A DNA stretch of 60,795 nucleotides, counting the filler. It is 8 parts of 8 records of this genome, joined end to end, with 100 filler letters (N's around TTAATTAATTAA, not from the genome) between each part and the next. Parts side by side here need not be neighbours in the genome. Positions count along the whole stretch, not along the records: positions 32,043 to 42,776 come from SRR31147125_89921; positions 42,877 to 49,522 come from SRR31147125_90034; 6 more parts are not named here. One strand, 5' to 3'. A program made the position numbers and the translations under genes. The notes beneath the pieces are model-generated. The model was not told the DNA's origin. It saw only the letters and a list, made by a program, of their open reading frames with translations, and ran no database searches. Positions 32,235 to 43,807 of the stretch are shown one piece after another. Numbering within the stretch: position 1 is the stretch's first letter; every line of letters begins with the position of its first letter.

Positions 32235-35187
32235 TCAGGGCTGATAAGAGATAGAAAGGATCACCGTACCTTTCAAGCCACTCAAATCGATCACCTCGCG
32301 TACCGCATTAAAGCGCGTATAGGGCGTGCCGTTGACCCGTACTGTTTTAATAGACCGTCCTTCTGGTGCGCGCACCTTAATAAAAGTCTTGCGGGCCGGA
32401 TTGCGGGTATTGAGCGTGACCGTCGCGTCGATACGGTTTTTATCAAGGCGTGAAGTGATGTTATAGCTCACTTTCCCAAAGCAGGTGGGCGCATCTGTCA
32501 CCTCTATGCTTTTCCCGTCCTCCAGCCATTCACGCGGTGTGGCGTGGGCAAGGTATAAGGCATCAGGCTCACCCGTATCCCGGTGAAAGGATTCGCGTAC
32601 GAGCATGAGGCGCAAAGGAAGCAGGAAGGCATTATTATTGGCGCTGCTCGGGGAACCATAACAGGAGCGGTAGACCTCGTTGGGTACTTGACCGACGGTA
32701 GCGCCTTCCCCGGAAACAAAGGTACTGCGGGTCAGGCCATGCGCCAGCTTGCCGTAAAAGGATAATACCAGGTAATCCGCTTCATCTCGCTCCGCAATGA
32801 GCTGCAGGTAATCCGGCAGGTAGACATTATCAAAACCGGTGGTGGCATAGCCGGGTAATCCATTTTCGCGATAGGTCCCGATTGGTGTCGGGTAATAATT
32901 AAAGCGCAGCAGACCCAGCATGAAGGATCCATGTTGGCGCATAAAACCGATAATACGATCCATATCCTCGCCCTGGGGATCCCAGAAGCCGGAGGCGAAA
33001 GCGTAAGGCATGCACAGATTCCAGTAACTGCCCAGGCGCGTCGCGGTCACAGGCGCTTCCACGGGAGTCTCTTCGAGCAGCATCCGTGGGATAAACAAGG
33101 TGCCGTCGGGCATGTCGGTCTGTGATGCGGTTATAGCCTGGGCGATGGCGTCTTTCAATCCTTCAGACAAAGGGTAGTAGCGCTCGTAGAGGTCATTGCG
33201 GCCAATGGCTTTCCAGACGATGGCCATATCGCGCAGGCCACGCCAGCCTAATAACTGATGCCACACAAAATAGGATACTTGCGAAATATCCCCGCATTGT
33301 CGTTGCTTTTCCAGCATGCCATTAGGATCAGCTTTTATTTGGCGCAGAAATTCTTCACAGAAATCAATGTATTTAGACGTGTTACGTTCAATAAAGGCCT
33401 TATCCTGGCTCAGGTAATAGTAATGCGCGGCATGCGTCAGCTTTTCGCCACGCTCCCAGTTCACATAATAGGCAGCTCCCTTGGTTTGATCGATCAGGTA
33501 TTGCAAACCATCGCGGTAAGCATCTTTGTAGCCATATAATCCCAAAGTGGCCACAGCATCGCTACTTTCAGGTTGATAAAAGGCGTTGTGGTATACTACC
33601 GAGCCCAAACTATACCGCCACCGCAGGATGAGATTCTGGATGAGCAGGTTGCGCTGCGCATCCATGACCCGTTTCTCCGGCACTTTAAACTGCGCTCCTT
33701 TTGAGAGCAGATCATCCCAGTAAGCTTTCCACGCCGTTTTTTGTTGCGCATAAAGAGATGCGACATGTTTTTTATTAATATTAAGGGGTGGTTCGGATGC
33801 CAGATCAGATAACAGGTGGTTTGATTGCTATTGACGTTCCAATAATTGTCGTTTCCATCATATTCTAAGGGGATTGATGCGGCGAGTCCGGAGGAATTAC
33901 TGCCACGAAGGATTCGAATATGAGGTGTGGCTTTATGTTTATTTTTTTCTGAACACAAAGGCGCACGAATGCCGCTAATCCTTCCACATTCTCCAGCGGC
34001 GCTGCAAAGGATTCCTGTTCGTAATGGTTCCCTGCGGCGTCTTCATAGGTGGTTTTCAGGATCGGGTAATATCCTTCCTCAAGCGCAGGTTGCGTGAGTC
34101 GCGCCAGGGTACTGCCAAAGCCTTCCTTGCCTGCCGGGCCGACCAGGAGCTTTAGATCATTATCGCTGTTATAACGATCCGCGGCGATACGGCTTCCGTC
34201 GGCAATCGGAACAATATAGGGCGGTTCCCCGCCATCCAACCCGAATAACAGGTTGTGCACCCCGAGTTTTTCATTGGTGTAGCCCGTCGAATAAAAGAGC
34301 GGATGCAGGTAATCCTTGATATTGTCATAGGTTGCGCCGCCTCCGGCGATAAGTGATTCGCCCCAGATGTCATTATCTTCGCGCAGGGCTGCATTGAGGT
34401 GTTTCGCATAATTGGTTTCAGCAACCGTCACGTACCGATGGTCGGGATAATCAGGCCAATCCGCCTTGTATTCAGCTCGTACGGCTTTTGCGTCCAGCGC
34501 GCCGTCATACAAGCGAATCGAGGCAATAGCACCCTGAAAGAAACAATTTTGTTTTTTTGAATACCTGGCATAAGCACCCAGAAGGAGCGGTGTGTCATAG
34601 GCATCAAGCGAAGCCGGATCGGTTTTTGTATGCGCGATTTCCCTGCCATTAAGGTAGACTCGTGCTACAGTGCCATCATAGGTCGCGGCAATATGGTTCC
34701 AATGGTTGCCCCAATTTACTGCGGTCGCTTTAGCGATCACGGATTTGCCTGCTACGCTGGTGTGAAAGATCACAGCTTGCGGAAAATCGGCGGTATCCAT
34801 TAAAAACAGACCATATTGATACCATGGTTCCACATGCCGGGGCAGGGATTTAACGAGGAGCGGCGTCTGCGATTGAATCGTTTTCTCCTCAGCACGGAAC
34901 CACAGGCTGATGCTTAGTTGACCGGGATTCAGATCGGGGGATGCCTCCACGTCGCCATACGCGCCCTTACTGTCGAAATAGAAATGCGGATGATCCACCA
35001 GATCTTCCTGGCGGTACATGACCGATACATTATGTAACGATAGTTTGTGCTGCTGTCCCGTTGTATCGCCTAAAGCGATTTTCCCTTCGGAAGTTACCTT
35101 CCATTCACGGATAAGCGTAACATCCCTGGCAATGACGTTCCCCAGGGTAAGCACAAAAAGGGTTAGAAATAGTATAAATCGCTTCAT
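32235..35187 (-). CDS. Secreted LamG-domain protein with probable (alpha/alpha)6 glycosidase-like C-terminus; two frameshifts
   Basis: Signal peptide; LamG motifs WNHIAATYDG..RVYLNG and FQGAIASIRLY. ORFs 33865-35187, 33596-33958 and 32235-33683 join by adding one base at about 33945 (A7 run) and one at about 33770-33788. Confidence 0.7.
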
Positions 35188-35382
35188 TTACGTTTTTACT
35201 CCCTTTTTAAATCAGGAACATATCAGAAGCATTGCTATTCATTCTGCAGGTCAAATGAGATATCGTATGCCTGGATGGTTTGTTAATGGATGCGGAGATT
35301 AAGGTATTTGTAACAGGTGTTGCTTTTTATTATTCTATTATGCTCACACAGTATAATATTAAAGAGCGCCAAATATGAGTTA

Positions 35383-36102
35383 CTATTTCATATGTCCCAA
35401 CAAACTCTGATATTTCATTTTCCACACCATCCAGATCGCCTCCCGGATGATTTTTTTGGACATCTTTGAAGTCCCGGCGCGGCGATCAATAAAAACGATT
35501 GGAATTTCATGAATTTTGAACCCTTTTTTCCAGGCCCAAAAATTCATTTCAATCTGAAAAGAATAACCATCGGATTGTATAAGATCCAGGTCGATACTCT
35601 CAAGAACTTTACGACGGAAGCATTTAAATCCACTGGTACAATCCCGCAGGGGTAAACCCGTAATAATCCGGGTATACGTACTCGCTCCAATACTTAATAA
35701 TAATCTGCTCAAAGGCCAATTGATCACATTGACACCATTTATATATCTGGAGCCTAGGATAAGATCATAAGATTCACTTGCTTTAATAAAATTAGTTAAT
35801 TCCGATGGATCATGTGATAAATCCGCATCCATTTCCATAATGAGATCATAATCATGCTGCAAAGCATATTTGAAACCAGTTACATAGGCTGTCCCAAGAC
35901 CCATCTTCTTCTCTCGTTGAAGCAAATGCAAACCAGGTTCACTTTTGCTCAACACCTTGACAATGTCTCCTGTACCATCAGGTGAATTATCATCAACAAT
36001 GAGTAATTCCAAACCATCGATCTTTAAGCTGTAAATTTGATTTATTAATTTCGTTATGTTTTTACTTTCATTGTATGTGGGGATGATGACGAGCGTTTTC
36101 AA
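35383..36102 (-). CDS. Polyprenol-monophosphomannose synthase (GT2, DPM1/Ppm1-like)
   Basis: IIPTYNE, VDDNSPDGT, GLGTAY, MDADLSH, GSRY, DCTSGF and GYSFQIE motifs; TTG start with GAGGAG RBS. Confidence 0.9.
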   Translation of the reverse strand: MKTLVIIPTYNESKNITKLINQIYSLKIDGLELLIVDDNSPDGTGDIVKVLSKSEPGLHLLQREKKMGLGTAYVTGFKYALQHDYDLIMEMDADLSHDPSELTNFIKASESYDLILGSRYINGVNVINWPLSRLLLSIGASTYTRIITGLPLRDCTSGFKCFRRKVLESIDLDLIQSDGYSFQIEMNFWAWKKGFKIHEIPIVFIDRRAGTSKMSKKIIREAIWMVWKMKYQSLLGHMK

Positions 36103-36241
36103 AGATAACTCCTCAATGTGGGACGTGGGCATTTCTACGCCTTTATCCAGTCCTGGTATAAACATTAATTAACGTGATCTAAATAAATCGATGGAACTGA
36201 TTCTTTTCATTCGATAAACAGTTTATTTGGAGATACTATAT

Positions 36242-37132
36242 TTATCTATTGTTATATCGTTCTTTGAATTTAATCAAACCTTCTTCAACATTGCTTGGAT
36301 TCAAACCCAGCTCATTAATGGCTTTATCCACGATTAATCCGGACTGCATGGGACGGGGAGCCGCCTGTTGCAATTCAGCTGTGGTGATGGGTTGTATCAG
36401 TGCCGGATTAAGATCGAACACAGCCGCGATTTTTTGAGCAAAAGTAAAACGATCCACAATTTCAGAGCCGGCAATATGAAATACACCACGGGCATCTTTT
36501 TTGACAATTGTCCATAATCCAACTGCCAATTCCTCTGCCAGAGTTGTATTGCCAAACTGATCATTTACAATACGGACGTTATCTCCATTTTTCAATTTTT
36601 CAACCAACCAGGTTACAAAATTAGGTCGTCCGCCCTTAACATGACCGTACAAAACCATTGTTCGCACTATGGCATAATCTACAGGTGATATCTTTAAAAC
36701 ATTTTCTCCCGCAAGTTTTGACCGTCCGTAAAAGCCAACAGGATTTGGTGGCGCATCCTCTGTGTATGGACCATTCTTACCATCAAAAATATAATCTGTA
36801 GAAACATGAAGAATTCGTGCAGCCGTTTTACGAGCAGCATATACAAGATTTTCAATGGCCTCGACATTTACCTGCCAACAAAGTTCACGCTCTGTCTCGG
36901 CTCCATCAACATTTGTATAGGCGGCAGCATTTAAAATCCAGTCAGGATGAACAAGCTCAACGAATTCTAATAGTTTCTTTCGGTCTAAAAAATTTAGACT
37001 TTGATACTTTTCATCAGAAAGTAAAAAACTGTTGTCTTGCAGATCAATTCCGTAAACATCCGCGTTTTCAGGAGCTTTTTCAATAAGATTTTGACCCAAT
37101 AATCCATTACACCCCGTCACCAATATCTTCAA
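36242..37132 (-). CDS. rfbD: dTDP-4-dehydrorhamnose reductase
   Basis: GCNGLLG, AAYTNVD, STDYIFDG and YGRSK motifs. Confidence 0.9.
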   Translation of the reverse strand: MKILVTGCNGLLGQNLIEKAPENADVYGIDLQDNSFLLSDEKYQSLNFLDRKKLLEFVELVHPDWILNAAAYTNVDGAETERELCWQVNVEAIENLVYAARKTAARILHVSTDYIFDGKNGPYTEDAPPNPVGFYGRSKLAGENVLKISPVDYAIVRTMVLYGHVKGGRPNFVTWLVEKLKNGDNVRIVNDQFGNTTLAEELAVGLWTIVKKDARGVFHIAGSEIVDRFTFAQKIAAVFDLNPALIQPITTAELQQAAPRPMQSGLIVDKAINELGLNPSNVEEGLIKFKERYNNR

Positions 37133-37388
37133 TCAAATACCTCTCTTTTAACCAGTCTGGTCCGATAAATAAGAAAAATGTAATAATAATTTATAGTCCG
37201 GAAAATAGCAAACAGGTTGACATGATTATACAGAGGGTAAAATAAACGGAATGAAATATAACGAACACCTGCTATAAGAACCATAACAGGTATTCATTTT
37301 TACGAGGTTCAGTCCCGGGTTATAATCTCCTCTTGATTATAATCAAAGCCAGAAAAAAAACAAAAAGGAATGTGGACAACAAGCAGTG

Positions 37389-37847
37389 CTAGAGCTTGCA
37401 CCCATTTTTCCTAAATTCAAGCAGCTTTTCCTTAATATCCTGATTTGTTCCGGCAAGCATTTCAGCCACAAATATAGCCGCATTGCCTGCGCCTGCTTTA
37501 CCTATAGCCATAGTGGCAACGGGAACACCTTTTGGCATTTGTACAATGGCGTACAAGGCATCCACACCGTTTAAAGCCGATCCTCCCAAAGGAACACCGA
37601 TTACAGGTAACGTTGTATAACTTGCAATGACTCCGGGAAGATGTGCGGCCATGCCTGCGCCGGCAATAATGGCAGAAACACCTTTTTTTTCAGCATTTTT
37701 TGCAAATTCAGCTGTTGCATCCGGCGTGCGATGTGCTGAAAGAATATACGTTTCATACTCGATGTTAAAAAATGTCAATAATGGTTCGGCTGTTGCCATG
37801 ACTTCAGCATCAGACTGACTGCCCATAACGATTGAAACTTTTGGCAT
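37389..37847 (-). CDS. purE: N5-CAIR mutase
   Basis: MGSQSD, SAHRTP, AGMAAHLPG and VQMPKGVPVAT motifs. Confidence 0.97.
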   Translation of the reverse strand: MPKVSIVMGSQSDAEVMATAEPLLTFFNIEYETYILSAHRTPDATAEFAKNAEKKGVSAIIAGAGMAAHLPGVIASYTTLPVIGVPLGGSALNGVDALYAIVQMPKGVPVATMAIGKAGAGNAAIFVAEMLAGTNQDIKEKLLEFRKNGCKL

Positions 37848-37850
37848 AAA

Positions 37851-38900
37851 TTATTCTCCACTTTTTACAGAATTGGTTGTTTTAAAAGTATACGCCATGG
37901 CTTCGACCTGACGCATATAAGGCCACTTTTTCTCACCTGGCGCCACAATGGAACAATCTATCAGGTATAAACGGCCGTCATCCTCGTTATAAAAACCAAA
38001 ACTTCGGAAAGGCCCACCTGTCATATGTTTTTCATTTTGCCAAACGCCATCCAACCTGATGGCATATCGCCCCTGAAAATCGATTGTTTTTTCAACAACT
38101 TTAATCGTTTCATCTTCATAAATATAGTCCCCATCATAAAATTCCATACCTAAACGTGCCCGGTTCTCCAACATCCATTCTTTACTTAACAGGGACGGAT
38201 CATCAACTGGTTCCCAATAAACGAAAAACTCCCGCTGGGGAATCATGCGGCGCAACCATACAAATCGGGCATCTGTGGAATCCATAGCCACGAAAAAATC
38301 ATGCTGCACTCGCACACTCCAACCATGTTTTTCCAGTAGCTGCTTTTCCAGTTCTTTTTGTTCATTAACACGGTACATGCTCTGTGAAACAACGTTGGCC
38401 GTATGATCATTGAACAAATTAAAAATGACATTCTTGTCTTGCTGTAAATGTTTTTTCAAGGTAGGAAGATCTTTACTTGCCAGCACGACAAGAAGTTGTC
38501 GTTTTGCTTTGGCATCCTGCTTTTGAAAAATAAAAACACTGTCAGCTTCGATTTTAGCTCTCAATTCAGGTCGAACCCAACTTTCCAAAATCTTTTTACT
38601 CGTGCCCTCGCCTTCCAATGTTCCAATGAATAGTAAATGAGGGAATCGACTGAGTCTGCCAACCAGGTTGGGATCTTTAAGATCAACATTAAATATTTTT
38701 TCCGGCTGTGGTGTAAATATTTCCTGTTCAAGGGCGGCACGTGTATCCTCTTCAATGTGCTCCCAAAGTGTTGAATCAGTTAATACAATTATCTTATTTA
38801 TGGTCCCCATTGAAATCGGTTTCTGCTGACATCCGGATACGACTATATAAAGACCACATGATACCAGGAAAAAGCTAAAAAAGAGTTGTAACTTTTTCAT
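37851..38900 (-). CDS. DUF4837-like lipoprotein
   Basis: Lipobox VSGC; TPQPE, GVWQN..GGPF and APGEKK motifs. Confidence 0.75.
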   Translation of the reverse strand: MKKLQLFFSFFLVSCGLYIVVSGCQQKPISMGTINKIIVLTDSTLWEHIEEDTRAALEQEIFTPQPEKIFNVDLKDPNLVGRLSRFPHLLFIGTLEGEGTSKKILESWVRPELRAKIEADSVFIFQKQDAKAKRQLLVVLASKDLPTLKKHLQQDKNVIFNLFNDHTANVVSQSMYRVNEQKELEKQLLEKHGWSVRVQHDFFVAMDSTDARFVWLRRMIPQREFFVYWEPVDDPSLLSKEWMLENRARLGMEFYDGDYIYEDETIKVVEKTIDFQGRYAIRLDGVWQNEKHMTGGPFRSFGFYNEDDGRLYLIDCSIVAPGEKKWPYMRQVEAMAYTFKTTNSVKSGE

Positions 38901-38932
38901 GTTAAAATCCTTTCCTAAATAAAGAACAATGC

Positions 38933-39916
38933 TCACTGCGAGTTAGAATTAATAACAGGACTTTTATGTTCACTCCTGGCTGCAAAAATAATTCCTCCTG
39001 GAATAGTAGCGACAATGCCAACAATGTAGGCTAAAAATTCGAACGCCACTACTTCGGCCGACGAAATCCCTACTCTGGCAAACAATGCAACTCCACTTTG
39101 CTCACGAATCCCGATTCCGCCAAGGGAAATTGGTAAACTGGCCAGTATAGCAATAATAGGAATAAAAATATAAAAATAACTTAATTCGATTTCAACACCT
39201 ATTGACCGGGCTGCCCAAAAATGCGTGAGAACTCTCAATGCCTGAACACAAAGAGCAATTAAAAATATTCTAAACAAAAGACTCTTATTATGGCGAAACT
39301 GATTAAGGCCGTAATAAAGATCTTTAATTCGATTTCGAACCATTTTGGGTAATAATGGTTTAATAATCCAGGCTAATTTACGAGCCATGTTTTCCCGAAA
39401 CAAGAAAATAAACAACAAAATCCAGCATAATAAAATAGCCGCGATTGCCGAAAACAGAGCCAAAGATGAAAATCGTTGAAGCCATAATAGAGATACAAAC
39501 ATGGCCAGTGCTGTCATGGCAAAAAAACCTATAAAACGATCAAAAAAGACCGTTGTAAGAGCACTGGTTGTATCTCCGGAACTCTTGTGAATGTCATAGA
39601 TCCGAAAAGCATCCCCGCCAATGTAACCGATCAGAAAATTATTAAAAAATAATCCAACATGATAGTACGAAATGACTTTTATCAATGGAAGATTAACATT
39701 TTTAGCTTTCAAAAGTAAATACCATTGCACCGATCCCAATAAATTACTGAAAGCAAAAGTGAGTATACTCAATATAACAAACAAGGGATTCGCCGACGTA
39801 ACATGTTCTACTAACCTGGGAATACCAATTCCTTTTAAGAGCCAAAATATCAGAACAGCACTTATACTCACTTTGATTATCACACCTGCCGAGTGTCGAA
39901 ACCACCTGTTTTTCAT
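38933..39916 (-). CDS. Lysylphosphatidylglycerol-synthase TM / UPF0104 flippase-like protein
   Basis: FFNNFL..IGGD, FFDRFIG and LPISLGGIGIRE motifs; multiple TM helices. Confidence 0.88.
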   Translation of the reverse strand: MKNRWFRHSAGVIIKVSISAVLIFWLLKGIGIPRLVEHVTSANPLFVILSILTFAFSNLLGSVQWYLLLKAKNVNLPLIKVISYYHVGLFFNNFLIGYIGGDAFRIYDIHKSSGDTTSALTTVFFDRFIGFFAMTALAMFVSLLWLQRFSSLALFSAIAAILLCWILLFIFLFRENMARKLAWIIKPLLPKMVRNRIKDLYYGLNQFRHNKSLLFRIFLIALCVQALRVLTHFWAARSIGVEIELSYFYIFIPIIAILASLPISLGGIGIREQSGVALFARVGISSAEVVAFEFLAYIVGIVATIPGGIIFAARSEHKSPVINSNSQ

Positions 39917-40019
39917 ATTTCCAGTATCCGAGACATTATAGTTTGAGTAATGTATTTCATAATCCTGTAAAAATGGGCCTCCACTTTTTTCTGTTATTAG
40001 ACAGTATTGGCAATTATAT

Positions 40020-40052
40020 ATCAAGAGGCTCTTTAAAAAAGAGCCTCTTGAT
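40020..40052. terminator. 15-bp perfect inverted repeat downstream of the DUF2723 gene
   Basis: ATCAAGAGGCTCTTT-AAA-AAAGAGCCTCTTGAT. Confidence 0.6.
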
Positions 40053-40089
40053 CACATCAAAAAAGATTACATTATAATTTTCTTGCATT

Positions 40090-42755
40090 TTATCCGTCAT
40101 TTGTCGAATCATTCGTTTTATCCCGGGAACTGTCAGGCTTGAACATTAATTTCTGTTCGGCTTCCAGCCTCTTCTTGGCTTCTGTATCACTCGGATTTAT
40201 TGCCAGCCACTGTTCGAGCAACTTGGTTGCTTCTTCATGTTTACCCTGTTTACTGAGTAAACTGACCAGTGTTCCGTAGACCATTGGATCATTTGGATTT
40301 GTTTTCAAAGCCAATTCAGCTAAATTCATATACCGGTCTGTTTTTCCGGCAAGTCCATACCACTGGCCAATTTGGAGAAGTAATCTCACGTGCGGCATTG
40401 GAATAACCGTTTCCGGTATGGACGTACTCATGTTATCCAGAACGGTGACCATTTTCTCATTTTCCTGCTGTAACAGATATTCCCGTGCTAAATTAATAAA
40501 AGCAGCTCTGTAATTTTGCAGCAGACCGAGTACGTTTGGCAGATAATATACGTCCGGATCATCAAGCCCGCGATATTGGAATTTTTCAAATAAATTTGTT
40601 TCCAATTTTTGTTCGGACAAGAATTTACCGCTGTATGGAACCAGTTTAAAGGCGAGTCCATCCATACGTAAATAGGAATCCAGGTTGATTTGGTTTTGAT
40701 TTGAGACTGTTACCGCAAAGGTGATTGGTCTCTTCCATTTATTGGCATATATAATATTAAGGACCATAAAATCCTGAATTCGGATAGCCCTGTTTCCAAG
40801 TGTCGGAGCAACCTGCACATTAATTTCTTCCGGAATTTCCTCAATTAAAGCATTTCTCCTTTTTTCATTCAAATCAGACAAGCTTTCAATATAGACATCC
40901 TTTGGAACCGGAATACGCAGGGATTGTTTTTTCCATTCCATAATACTCAATTGTTCAATCTCTTCATCTTTTAAACTAATGGGCACCTTTGGTTCCTGAT
41001 GTTTCAACTGTTTTATATACCATTTGGTATTTAACAGGCTCAGATTAACAACGCGCACATCCCGTCTGACATTATAGACATACTGCAAAAACCAAAGTGG
41101 AAAAGTATCGTTATCACCATTTGTAAACAGAATCGCATTGGGTTCACAACTCTGCAGGATATTATAGGAATAATCATAGGCCACATAATTTCCAGTTCTG
41201 TCATGGGTATGGTAATTATGCGCTAAAAGATTAATTGGCACCATCAGCATACAGGATAAAATAAATGCGGCATAGAGTGCTTTTTTTACACCACCATTTT
41301 TATGGAACGCATCCTGAACCCATTCCAATATGGCTGTCATTCCCATACCAATCCATATGGCAAAGGCGAAAAAGAGCCGACATAGGAATAATCCCTTTCA
41401 CGAGGTTGAGGATTCTCCTGATTCAAATAAAACACGATGGCAATTCCCGTTAAAATAAACAACGTTGTAATACTGAGTGCATGGCGCCAATGCTTGTAGT
41501 AATGATGTATCATTCCTATCAGACCAAGTAAAAACGGTAATCCAAACAGCCCGTTTAACGAGAAATTCTCAGAAATAAAATTATCCCTTCCCAATGTGGT
41601 CCCCTGGCCAATAAACTGCCAGCCAAAGTATCTCCCATACATTTTCTTGATCTGATAATTCCACATAAAATCCATTTGTTTGCCAAGATTATATGTGGCA
41701 TAATTACGGTTTGGATAATTTGCTTTAAATTCCCAGGGATTTGGCAGACCTTGATATCTCCTTGGAAACAAACTCCAATCCCCATACTGCTCACGATTGA
41801 GATATTTGACCATGTTCTCCATGGTTTCCGGATCATTTTCATCAATAACAGGATTTAAACCCGAGCGAATATAGATCATGGCGTAGGTTGAATATCCGAT
41901 CAATACCAAAAGGGAAGCCATCAGAGCAATGCTGACGATCTTTTGTTTATTTTGTACGCTGTAATAAGTTCCAGCTACAATAGCAAAGATGATAACTAAA
42001 ACAGACCAGAATCCGAGAGAACCGGCCAGCATTGGTATGTATTTGACAATTCCGGGATAAATAACAAAAAAGATGAGCCCGGTAGCAGCACCAAAAAGAA
42101 AAAAGCTCTTTAGAGTAATCGGCTCGTTATTTTTTTCAAGATATTTAAAATACACAATCATGAAAATAGCAGGTAAAGCCAGGATCATAAGTAAATGTAT
42201 TCCAATAGCTATACCAACAGCATAAGCGATAAGTAGCAGATATCGTTCAGAACCTTGCTCATCCGCTTTTTCTAACCATACAAGGATAAGCCATACAATT
42301 ACAGCGGTAAAGAACATACTGATTGCGTACACTTCTGCTTCAACAGCATTAAACCAAAAACTGTCGGAAAAAGCAAGTCCTAAAGAACCAACCAAACCAC
42401 TGGTAACCAGAATTAAAATATCTTCCCAGTTTTTTGGTTCACCACGCCATTGTTTGATTAAGCGAACGATAATCAAATAGGTAAGCAACACTGTAAGTGC
42501 TGATGTTAGAGAAGAGATAAAGTTAACGCGAAGACCTATATCGGCTACGAAAGGAATCATAGCAAATATTCGGCCCAATAGTAAAAAGAAAGGGGCTCCG
42601 GGTGGATGCGGAATTCCCAGGGTATAGGCGCAGGTAATGAATTCTCCACAATCCCAAAATGAAACGGTAGGAGCTACGGTTCGCATATACACGATTAAAG
42701 ATAATAAAAATGCAAATCCCGCAAAAATCCTGTTAATGAGCTTGTAATTCTGCAT
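40090..42755 (-). CDS. DUF2723 / TMEM260-like GT-C glycosyltransferase with C-terminal TPR-like helices (frameshift at about 41370)
   Basis: TVSFWDCGEF, HPPGAP, AVEAEVYA, YLNREQYG, QPRERDY and GDNDTFPLW motifs; one extra T in the T5 run restores GSFFAFAIWIGMG, giving about 888 aa. Confidence 0.88.
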
Positions 42756-42776
42756 TATTGTTCTCCGAGTCTGTTT

Positions 42777-42876
42777 NNNNNNNNNNNNNNNNNNNNNNNN
42801 NNNNNNNNNNNNNNNNNNNNTTAATTAATTAANNNNNNNNNNNNNNNNNNNNNNNNNNNNNNNNNNNNNNNNNNNN
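42777..42876. other. Artificial contig spacer
   Basis: N44-TTAATTAATTAA-N44. Confidence 0.99.
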
Positions 42877-43392
42877 CTGGTCTGTGCATCGGGTCAACGA
42901 GAGCACCGCAGCTTTGCTCGCACAGTAGTGGCTCCAGCCTTCCAGAGCCTTTGTTGCAGCACCCGAGCTGATATTGACAATCGTACCACCCCCTGTTTTC
43001 AACATTTCCGGTATGGCGCTCCGTAATCCATGGTAGACACCTTTCAGGTTGACATCGACGGCAATGCCCCAAGCATTTGGATCACTGTCCGCCAGGCGAG
43101 CAATCGGGTCAATGAGCCCGGCATTGTTCACCAGAATATCCAGGCGGTTGCGTTCTTCAAGGGCGAGCGCGACGGCACGATTGACGTCATCGTAACAACT
43201 GACATCACATTTGACCGCGCAAGCCCGACCTCCCTGAGAACGAATGTCCTTCACAATGGTGTCGAGGGTTGTTTGATTGCGTGCCGCAAGAATCACGTTC
43301 GCACCATTGGCCGCACAGTGTCTGGCAATGGCCTCGCCGATGCCTTGACTGGCCCCTGTCACGAGCATGGTTTTGTTTTGCAAAATGCTCAT
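42877..43392 (-). CDS. SDR oxidoreductase (3' truncated)
   Basis: TGASQGIG, NNAG and YCASK motifs. Confidence 0.92.
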
Positions 43393-43807
43393 TTTACGGA
43401 CTCCTTTCTCGTCGCGAGCAACATGTTCGCCGCTGTCCGCGGTCATTTTATAAAAAGTCGGGTCGTTTAATTTTTATATTACAAGTCTCCGTTTTTTACC
43501 CTGTGAATCATTCTTTATTATTGCTTGAAACCAGTCACCCTGTCAGGGACTTTCAGAGATTATTGAGACGACAGCTGACGGCTGCAAAAATCAGATTTTT
43601 TTCAGAGCGTAAAAGTATGATGTTCACAACAGATTCAGAAATTGCTCGATTATAACGACCCAGGCAGAAATACAGGCGAATGAAAATAACGTTTTGATGC
43701 AAATGCTGAAGTCCTAGATGCAGGGTGGGTGACTAACTTCTCAAAGGTCATTTATTTAGGTGAACATTTAAAAAACATCGATTATGAAAAAGATTAGGGG
43801 GAGTAAA

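Noticed and set aside
37133..37388. Hydrophobic minus-strand frame with three stops, suggesting recoding
   Set aside because: T-rich intergenic DNA gives hydrophobic translations, and neighbouring genes use TAA and TAG as normal stops.
41337..41380. Split DUF2723 as two genes or a programmed frameshift
   Set aside because: The break falls inside a conserved TM motif at a T5 run and matches the window-wide indel pattern.
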